Of a stretch of DNA of 64,000 nucleotides, positions 55,110-64,000 are shown piece after piece (positions within the stretch are counted from its first letter, which is position 1; each line of letters starts with the position of its first letter). Source of the DNA: Clostridia bacterium (GTDB taxonomy: Bacteria > Bacillota > Clostridia > Oscillospirales > Acutalibacteraceae); contig JAFTLT010000045.1 of NCBI GenBank assembly GCA_017452785.1, positions 757-64,756 on the forward strand, read 5' to 3'. The notes beneath the pieces are model-generated. The model had not been told where the DNA came from, searched no databases, and saw only the letters and a list, made by a program, of their open reading frames with translations. Made by a program: the position numbers and the translations under genes.

Positions 55110-55251
55110 AGTTCACCTCTATAAAACGGGAGTGAAAATTAATCAATATATTATAGCATAAAAGAGATGTTTGAGCAATAGAAAAATGAGAAGAAATTAA
55201 AATATAAAAAAATAAAAGCTCCCGCAAGAGAGCTTCTTAAGAAAATCGGTT

Positions 55252-55614
55252 TCAGGCAGCTGCAGGAGCTGTTGCTGCATCGGGAGCTGTTGTTTCTTCC
55301 TCAGCGGAAGAATCGGAATTTGCAATCATTTCGGCAATCTGATGAATAATTTCATCTGTGTCAATAACACCAAGTGCCATTGCAATTTTAACAATAACTT
55401 TAACGAGCTTGAGAGCAATTTTTGCAATCTTTGACGCAGGGCCTAACGTCCACACGGGAAGGTCAAGAAGCCAATCAAGTGCACCTGCTTCTTCGTCACT
55501 TTCCAAAACAGCTGTTGTTTCTTCGGGTGCTGCTGTTTCTTCAGCGGCAAAAGCAACTGTTGCAACTGAGAATGTCATAATCACTGCGAGAATTAATGCT
55601 AAAAACTTTTTCAT
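55252..55614 (-). CDS. Small secreted protein: signal peptide, acidic stretch, Lys-rich amphipathic helix, and a T/A/P/E tail. Downstream copy (2 of 2) of the pair.
   Basis: MKKFLALILAVIMTFSVATVAFAAE...ALDWLLDLPVWTLGPASKIAKIALKLVKVIVKIAMALGVIDTDE...EEETTAPDAATAPAAA. ATG at 55614 follows GGAGGT. Confidence 0.6.
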   Translation of the reverse strand: MKKFLALILAVIMTFSVATVAFAAEETAAPEETTAVLESDEEAGALDWLLDLPVWTLGPASKIAKIALKLVKVIVKIAMALGVIDTDEIIHQIAEMIANSDSSAEEETTAPDAATAPAAA

Positions 55615-55714
55615 TGTCACATACCTCCTGTAAATTAGTTAGCAGATATAACACCTAAAAAATCCCCAAGGCAACACCTCAAAGGATATTGCCTAAGGGG
55701 AAGACTTTGCAAAC

Positions 55715-56125
55715 TTATGCAGCAGCTGCGGCTGTTGTTGCTTCGGGAGCTGTTGTTTCTTCTTCAGCAGCATCATTATTGCCAACGCCAAGGCCGTCAA
55801 CGAAATCAAGGATGATAGCGATGCCGTCTGCAGGATCAATGCCGAAAGCACTACAGATCTTGAAATAAACCTTTACGAGCTTAAGAGCAATCTTTGCAAT
55901 TTTGAATGCAGGCTTAAGGCTCTCAGCGGGGAGATCAAGAATCCATGCATAGTCGCCAAGCATTTCGTCTAATTCATCAGTAACGCTGCCCTCTTCTTCG
56001 CCTTCAGCGGGAGCTGTTGTTGTTCCCTCTTCAGGAGCAACTGTTGTGTCCTCTGCAGCAAAAGCAACTGTAGCAACTGAGAAAGTCATGATAAGTGCAA
56101 GAACTAATGCTAAAAACTTTTTCAT
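55715..56125 (-). CDS. Small secreted protein, paralog of 55252-55614. Upstream copy (1 of 2) of the pair.
   Basis: A near-identical signal peptide, then YAWILDLPAESLKPAFKIAKIALKLVKVYFKICSAFGIDPADG...EEETTAPEATTAAAAA. It has its own TTGACA-17-TATACT promoter. Confidence 0.6.
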   Translation of the reverse strand: MKKFLALVLALIMTFSVATVAFAAEDTTVAPEEGTTTAPAEGEEEGSVTDELDEMLGDYAWILDLPAESLKPAFKIAKIALKLVKVYFKICSAFGIDPADGIAIILDFVDGLGVGNNDAAEEETTAPEATTAAAAA

Positions 56126-56224
56126 TTGAAATTACCTCCTTATTTTGGTAATTCAAGTATATAATTTATGCTTTATTTTGTCAAGTAAAATTTGCAATTA
56201 ATTACACCTGCTGCCGATTTGCCT

Positions 56225-56596
56225 TTATTCTTCTTTCAGAGCCTCAGCTATCTGCTGTCTGAGCTGTTCCTTCTTCTGCTCTGATAAAACTCTGTAAGAA
56301 AGCAGCAGTCTTCTTTCATCCTTTGAAAGGTAAGCAATCGGGTCAACATTATCCTCTGCAACCATATCTGCTTTGCCCAACCTTTCAGGGTGATTGTTTT
56401 CCTCTGTGCCGAGAATGTATCCGATAGTTGCATTATACATATTAGAGAGTTTTTCAAGAGTTTCAATAGGCGGATTTGTTGAACCGGTTTCGTATAATGT
56501 GTAGGTTGTTCTGTCAACACCAAGCACATTTGCAATATCCTGCTGTGTGAGCTTGTGGGCTTTTCTGATTCTTCTGAGACTTTCGGGTACTGTCAT
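56225..56596 (-). CDS. XRE-family helix-turn-helix transcriptional regulator
   Basis: HTH_3 motif LRRIRKAHKLTQQDIANVLGVDRTTYTLYETG. ATG at 56596 follows AAGGAAGTG. Confidence 0.85.
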   Translation of the reverse strand: MTVPESLRRIRKAHKLTQQDIANVLGVDRTTYTLYETGSTNPPIETLEKLSNMYNATIGYILGTEENNHPERLGKADMVAEDNVDPIAYLSKDERRLLLSYRVLSEQKKEQLRQQIAEALKEE

Positions 56597-56611
56597 TATA
56601 ACCACTTCCTT

Positions 56612-58447
56612 TTATTTATTAAAATGTTCATATATATTCTGAGCATCTTTTTTTGTTATGCCTTTAACTGCAAGCAGCTCTTCCGGGGTGGCATTTTTGA
56701 TTTTTGCCAGAGTTTTAAAGTTAAGAAGCAGTGCTGCAGCTTTTTTTTCACCTATGCCCTCAATCTTTGTGAGGCTTGTATGAAGGGAGCTTTTGGTATG
56801 CTTTTGCTTGTGATAAGATATGGCAAAACGGTGAACCTCCTCTTGAATGGTTGACACAAGAGTGAACACTCCCCTGCCGGAATTTATGCTTATTTCCTCA
56901 CCGCCTGAGGCTATTGCCCTTGTGCGGTGCTTAGAATCCTTAACCATGCCGAAAACGGGAATATCAAGACCGAAGGCTTCGATAATAGGCTTGACCGCAT
57001 TAACCTGCCCCTGACCGCCGTCAAGCAATATCAGGTCAGGCAATTTTCCGAAGCCCTCACCTGTTTCCTGCTGCTCGGTATATCGGTTGAGCCTTCTTGA
57101 AATGACTTCACGCATTGAACCGTAATCATCCTGACCGTCAAAGCCCTTTATGGCAAAGCGTCTGTAAGCACTGCGAAGGGGCTGTGCATTTTTGAAAACA
57201 ACCATACCTGCAACATTATCACTGCCGGCTGTATGGGAAATATCATACGACTCAATATATTCAGGAGTTTTATTAAGCCCCAGAATTTTTGCAAGTTCAT
57301 CGAGAATGGCAGTTTCTTTTCCTTTTCTGCCGATATTTTCGCCAAGCTTCTGGGCGGCGTTCTGAAGGCACATCTCCATAACGCGTACCTTTTCACCACG
57401 CTGAGGTTTTAAGATAACAGCCTTTTTTCCTCGTGCATTTGTCAGGTACTCCTCAACGAGCTCTTTATCTGAGACATCGCCGTCAACAACAACGAGCGGC
57501 GGTATCTGTCTGCCGGTAGAGTAATAAGATGTAATGAGCTCATAACGTGTGTCCGCAAGATTTTCGGAATAATCTATAATGAAATGCTCTGTGTTGGCAA
57601 GAAGTCCCTCTCTGAAGCAAAGAACAGCAAGACACGCCTTATTGCCACGCTGAGCAATAGCGAAAACATCTTCATCAACACTGCCCTCCACCACAACCTT
57701 TTGCCTTGCGGCAATGCGGTCAATTGCCTTTATTTTATCACGGAGCTTTGCAGCTTTTTCAAATTCTAAATTTTCAGCCGCTGCTTCCATTTCACTTTGC
57801 AGCTTTTTAACGGTTTCTGCGCTGCCGCCTTTTATAAAATCGACTGCGCCCTTAAGGTTTTCCTCATAATCCTGCTGACTGATTTTGCCTGCACAGGGTG
57901 CTGAGCATTTATGAATGAAATAATTAAGGCACGGGCGTGAGTTGCGGTTAATCTGTTTCGGAAAAACCTTATTGCACGTGGGCAGCATAAAAATCTCTGA
58001 AGCCTGCTCGACAACATTTGTGACACTGAAGTTTCCCATATAAGGTCCGAGGTACTCTGCCGTATCATCGTCTTTTCTGAAGCAGGCAGAAATTCTGCCC
58101 CAAGGCCCCGGCGTAATTTTAATATAGCTATATCCTTTATCGTCCTTGAGCAGAATATTATATTTTGGCATATTCTGCTTTATGAGGCTGCATTCAAGCA
58201 CAAGAGCCTCAAATTCACTGTCAGTGAGAATATAGTCAAAATTACTCACATTTTCAACCATTTTGCGCACCTTTGCGGAGTGCTTGTTCTGCGAGCCGAA
58301 ATATTGACTGACTCTGTTTTTGAGCTTTTTTGCTTTGCCGATGTAAATAATTTTATTTGATTTATCCTTCATTATATACACACCGGGAGTCAGAGGAAGC
58401 TGCATAGCCTTTTGTCTGAGATAATGAAGCTTCTCATTTTCAGCCAT
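56612..58447 (-). CDS. uvrC: Excinuclease ABC subunit C
   Basis: GIY-YIG motifs (PGVYIMKD...IIYIGKAKKLKNRV), a UVR domain, an RNase H-like endonuclease domain and a C-terminal (HhH)2. ATG at 58447 follows GGGAGGTG. Confidence 0.93.
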   Translation of the reverse strand: MAENEKLHYLRQKAMQLPLTPGVYIMKDKSNKIIYIGKAKKLKNRVSQYFGSQNKHSAKVRKMVENVSNFDYILTDSEFEALVLECSLIKQNMPKYNILLKDDKGYSYIKITPGPWGRISACFRKDDDTAEYLGPYMGNFSVTNVVEQASEIFMLPTCNKVFPKQINRNSRPCLNYFIHKCSAPCAGKISQQDYEENLKGAVDFIKGGSAETVKKLQSEMEAAAENLEFEKAAKLRDKIKAIDRIAARQKVVVEGSVDEDVFAIAQRGNKACLAVLCFREGLLANTEHFIIDYSENLADTRYELITSYYSTGRQIPPLVVVDGDVSDKELVEEYLTNARGKKAVILKPQRGEKVRVMEMCLQNAAQKLGENIGRKGKETAILDELAKILGLNKTPEYIESYDISHTAGSDNVAGMVVFKNAQPLRSAYRRFAIKGFDGQDDYGSMREVISRRLNRYTEQQETGEGFGKLPDLILLDGGQGQVNAVKPIIEAFGLDIPVFGMVKDSKHRTRAIASGGEEISINSGRGVFTLVSTIQEEVHRFAISYHKQKHTKSSLHTSLTKIEGIGEKKAAALLLNFKTLAKIKNATPEELLAVKGITKKDAQNIYEHFNK

Positions 58448-58557
58448 ATAAACACCTCCCACGCTATATGTTATATTTTATCACATTTTGGCGAACTTGA
58501 CAATAGCTTTTAATATAAAAGGTCGCATCATCTTTATAAAATGATACGACCTATATT

Positions 58558-59742
58558 TTATTTGAATTTATCAAAGAAAGAAGACTTCTTTTTTTCTTCG
58601 CCGACAACATTGCCGTCAGGAATATTATTTTTGGGCTTGTTTGTCAGAGTTGAATCAAATTCCTTAAGGAGATCCTTCTGCTTTTGTGAAAGATTCTTCG
58701 GTACCTCAACAACGATCTTGACAAACTGATCACCCTTATTGCGTGATGAAAGCTGCTGAATACCTCTGCCTCTGAAGCGGAAAACCTCACCGGGCTGTGT
58801 GCCTGCAGGAAGCTCATATTTCACCTTGCCGTCAAGAGTGGGTATATAAAGTGTATCACCCATAGCAGCCTGAGCATAAGTTACGGCAACCTCACACCAG
58901 ACATCAAAGCCGTCACGCTCAAAGAAGGGATGGGGTCTGACATTGACGTTGACACGAAGGTCACCCTTCGGGCCACCGTTTATGCCGGGATTTCCGCCGC
59001 CTCTGACATTGAGAGTCTGTCTGTCATCAATACCTGCAGGTATATCAATTTCTGCTGTTTGTCTTTTTCTGACAAAGCCTGTTCCTCTACAGTTACCGCA
59101 GGGATTTTTAATAGTCTTGCCCTTACCGCCACAGTCTGTGCACTGCCTTGATGTGCTCATTACACCAAAAGGAGTTCTCTGCTGAACATTGACCTGACCT
59201 CTGCCGCCGCAGGTTTTGCAGGTTTCAGGTGAAGTACCCTTTGCACAGCCGTTGCCACCGCACTCAGAGCAGATCTCACTTCTTTCAACATTAACTGTTT
59301 TTTTGCAGCCCTTTGCAGCCTCTTCAAAAGAAATGGTAACATTGGTCTGAATAGTTGCGCCCTTTCTCGGAGCATTGGGATTCTGCTGTCTGCCGCCGCC
59401 AAAGCCGCCACCGAAGCCACCGCCGAACATACTGCCTAAAATGTCGCCAAGATCAAATGCATCACCAAAACCGCCGAAACCGCCGCCGAAGCCGCCTGCG
59501 CCGAAGTTGGGGTCTACACCTGCATGACCGTACTGGTCATAACGAGCCTTTTTATCAGCATCCGAAAGTACCTCATAAGCCTCATTTGCCTCTTTGAACT
59601 TAGCTTCGGCTGTGGCATCACCCGGATTAAGGTCGGGATGATACTGCTTTGCCATTTTGCGGTAGGCCTTTTTTATTTCATCGTCTGAAGCGCCTTTGCT
59701 GACACCTAAGACTTCATAATAATCACGTTTATTTTCTGCCAT
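58558..59742 (-). CDS. dnaJ: Molecular chaperone DnaJ
   Basis: J domain (DYYEVLGV...HPD), a G/F-rich linker and four CxxCxGxG zinc motifs. Confidence 0.95.
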   Translation of the reverse strand: MAENKRDYYEVLGVSKGASDDEIKKAYRKMAKQYHPDLNPGDATAEAKFKEANEAYEVLSDADKKARYDQYGHAGVDPNFGAGGFGGGFGGFGDAFDLGDILGSMFGGGFGGGFGGGRQQNPNAPRKGATIQTNVTISFEEAAKGCKKTVNVERSEICSECGGNGCAKGTSPETCKTCGGRGQVNVQQRTPFGVMSTSRQCTDCGGKGKTIKNPCGNCRGTGFVRKRQTAEIDIPAGIDDRQTLNVRGGGNPGINGGPKGDLRVNVNVRPHPFFERDGFDVWCEVAVTYAQAAMGDTLYIPTLDGKVKYELPAGTQPGEVFRFRGRGIQQLSSRNKGDQFVKIVVEVPKNLSQKQKDLLKEFDSTLTNKPKNNIPDGNVVGEEKKKSSFFDKFK

Positions 59743-59781
59743 TTGAATATGTTCCTCTCATGGAGTTTAAAACCACAATAT

Positions 59782-59807
59782 GGAGCCATCCGAAATCGGA
59801 CAGCTCC
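59782..59807 (-). other. Intercistronic mRNA hairpin between dnaK and dnaJ
   Basis: A 12-bp stem in which the two non-Watson-Crick positions are G-U pairs only on the transcribed (minus) strand. No T-run follows. Confidence 0.5.
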
Positions 59808-59817
59808 GAAAGATTAT

Positions 59818-62283
<2,466 letters not shown>

Positions 62284-62284
<1 letters not shown>

Positions 62285-63312
62285 TATTCATCCTCCAAAG
62301 TGTCTGTAAGCATTTCACCGACAAGACCTGTCAGGTATTCAATGCTTGGGATTAGTTTTGCATAATTAAGTCTTGTGGGGCCGATGATGCCTATTGCACC
62401 GCCGTCGTGACCGCCCACGTTATATCTTGCGATAATCATACTTGAATTTTCAAGCTGACGGTATTTATTTTCTTTACCGATAATTACCTGAAGTCCCGTG
62501 TCAACATCGGAAATCGCCCTTTCGAGCTTATCCTTTTCGTCAAAGAACTGCATCATATCATAAATATCGCTGCCGAATTCTCTGTGGTGAAGAAGGTTCT
62601 GCTCGCCCTCAAGCCTTATTTCAGCCTGCAGTGCCTGTGAAGCTATGTCTGCCAGCACCACAAACAGCGGTGACATTGCAAGAGCGTTTATGCCAAGTGA
62701 AGCAACAAGAGTCTGAATCATAACCGTGCCCACATCGCTGACGGGTCTGCCTATAAAGCACTCTTTTACTATATCATAGAAAGTGTCTATCATATCCCGT
62801 GTCAGCTCAGTTTCGGTTTTGCATATACCGTTTTTGATGATACCGTTTGAGGTCATCATAACAACCATTGCAATTCTTGTGCCCACGGGAACAAGCTCGA
62901 TATGCTTTATCACTGCCCCCTCATCTGTGGGAGTGGTGGAAAGTGCAGCACATCCTGTCATCTTTGCAAGTATTTCGCCTGCTTTTTCAAGGAGCTTATC
63001 CGGGTTACCCATTGACCGTGAAAGCTCACTTTTGATGAGCCGTCTTTCGTCATCGCTTAGAGTGTCTTCACTCATAAGGTGGTCTATATAATATCTGTAG
63101 CCCTTTTGTGAGGGTACTCTGCCGGCTGAGGTGTGTGGCTGCTCTAACAGTCCCATTTCAGACAACTCTGACATTTCATTTCTTATAGTTGCCGAAGACA
63201 CTGAAATCGGCAGAGTCTGCATAAGCATCTTTGAGCCGATAGGCTCGCCTGTTTTTATATAATGCTCAACAACAGCACACAGTATAAGTTCTTTGCGCTT
63301 GCCGAGTTCCAT
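62284..63312 (-). CDS. hrcA: Heat-inducible transcription repressor HrcA
   Basis: N-terminal winged HTH (RKELILCAVVEHYIKTGEPIGSK), located just downstream of CIRCE. I prefer the ATG at 63312 (MELGKRKE). Confidence 0.9.
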
Positions 63313-63345
63313 ATCTTCACCGTCCTTACTTTTGAGTATCAATTT

Positions 63346-63372
63346 TTAGCACTCGCACTATTTGAGTGCTAA
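63346..63372. promoter_or_regulatory. CIRCE operator (HrcA binding site) of the hrcA-grpE-dnaK-dnaJ operon
   Basis: TTAGCACTC-gcactattt-GAGTGCTAA is a perfect match to TTAGCACTC-N9-GAGTGCTAA. It lies just downstream of a TTGACT-17-TATATT promoter on the minus strand. Confidence 0.93.
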
Positions 63373-63420
63373 TCACTATCACAAATATACTACTCCTGCT
63401 AAAAAAAGTCAATAGAAAAA

Positions 63421-63462
63421 AGCAACTTTTTTCAAAAATTTTCTAAAAAAGTTGCTTTAAAC
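63421..63462 (-). terminator. Intrinsic terminator after the MBL-fold gene
   Basis: AAAGCAACTTTTTT...AAAAAAGTTGCTTT stem, with a T-run on the minus strand. Confidence 0.7.
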
Positions 63463-63475
63463 ATTATATATTATT

Positions 63476-64000
63476 TCAGTTTCTGTGATAAATAAGCCTT
63501 GTGTCCTCATCTATCTTTGCATAAATTGCCTTATCGTCAACAAGACTCTGCAGGAAATTGCGAAGCATAACAGCATACATGGGATATTTTGATGTAACAA
63601 GATTGATATTCAGCTTCTCTATCATCAGAGCAAACATGTCGTCAAAAGAAAGTCCCTCACATATATCATAAACAAGCTCTTTTCTTTCCTTCATCCTCAT
63701 TATGTTGTACTCGGCAAGCTCCCCTATATTTTCAGTGGGCACATTGTGGGCAGGCACAAAAATCTTACCCTTCATATTTTTTATTTCTTCAAGAGTTTCA
63801 AGAGCAGCATTTATATTATAAAAGAAAGGCAGCTTGTGCTCATCCCATGTTCTTTTTGAAAGAATTGCATCAGCAAGAAAAACCACATCGTCCTGAGTTC
63901 TCACACCTACCATATCAAAAGAGTGACCGGGCAGCGAAATTATCTCAAGACCTTCGGGAGTGTTTTCAGGTGTGATAACCTTTGCCACTGAGGGTTCAAC
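63476..64000 (-). CDS. MBL-fold metallo-hydrolase, N-terminus beyond the window edge
   Basis: SLPGHSFDMVGV and FVPAH motifs, typical of the C-terminal half of the beta-lactamase fold. The frame stays open upstream of the track's Met up to position 64000. Confidence 0.6.
   Translation of the reverse strand, partial: VEPSVAKVITPENTPEGLEIISLPGHSFDMVGVRTQDDVVFLADAILSKRTWDEHKLPFFYNINAALETLEEIKNMKGKIFVPAHNVPTENIGELAEYNIMRMKERKELVYDICEGLSFDDMFALMIEKLNINLVTSKYPMYAVMLRNFLQSLVDDKAIYAKIDEDTRLIYHRN

Noticed and set aside
54258-55124. 288-aa ORF on the plus strand
   Set aside because: It is entirely antisense to the highly conserved lepA gene. It has a low-complexity composition, no SD and no recognisable motif, so it looks like a typical shadow ORF.

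Overview
The window looks like a chromosomal segment from a low-GC, spore-forming Firmicute. Clostridia of the Oscillospiraceae/Ruminococcus type is a guess from gene content and signal-peptide style, and I could not verify it. About 85% of genes lie on the minus strand.

The backbone is housekeeping:
- An edge-truncated ClpC-like ATPase, pgsA, cvpA and truA, then the ECF module ecfA1-ecfA2-ecfT.
- ruvCAB, der, rpmF-yceD, cca, ptsH, rimM-trmD, ybaK and rlmA.
- lepA-hemW, uvrC, and hrcA-grpE-dnaK-dnaJ behind a perfect CIRCE operator.
- Sporulation genes spoIIGA-sigE, spmA-spmB and a DUF1540 mini-gene.

Non-coding features:
- tRNA-Leu(UAG), preceded by a promoter and a 22-nt duplicate of its own 5' end.
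- A cobalamin riboswitch in front of a DUF4430 / ECF S-component pair.
- Two heavily structured intergenic elements at 22196-22546 and 25049-25166.
- Many consensus sigma-A promoters and intrinsic terminators.

The accessory content is mostly secreted proteins in tandem paralog pairs:
- Three lipase-like hydrolases.
- Two Big_2 plus aromatic-domain proteins.
- A 1329-aa GH73-SH3-Fn3 wall hydrolase and a CHAP-like SH3-Big_2-Fn3 protein.

The most unusual signal is absent from the ORF track because every member is under 60 aa. It is a family of at least four strongly signalled mini-genes encoding 26-43 aa leaderless, aromatic, anionic amphipathic-helix peptides. Three are clustered at 44.57-45.30 kb and one sits at 36.54 kb. 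The same helix motif recurs as the C-terminal tail of an adjacent secreted protein with 15 Cys in 63 residues. It may also recur in two small secreted paralogs next to an XRE regulator.

I saw no CRISPR array, rRNA, transposase, integrase or recognisable defence system. All homology statements come from motif recognition by eye; no searches were run.
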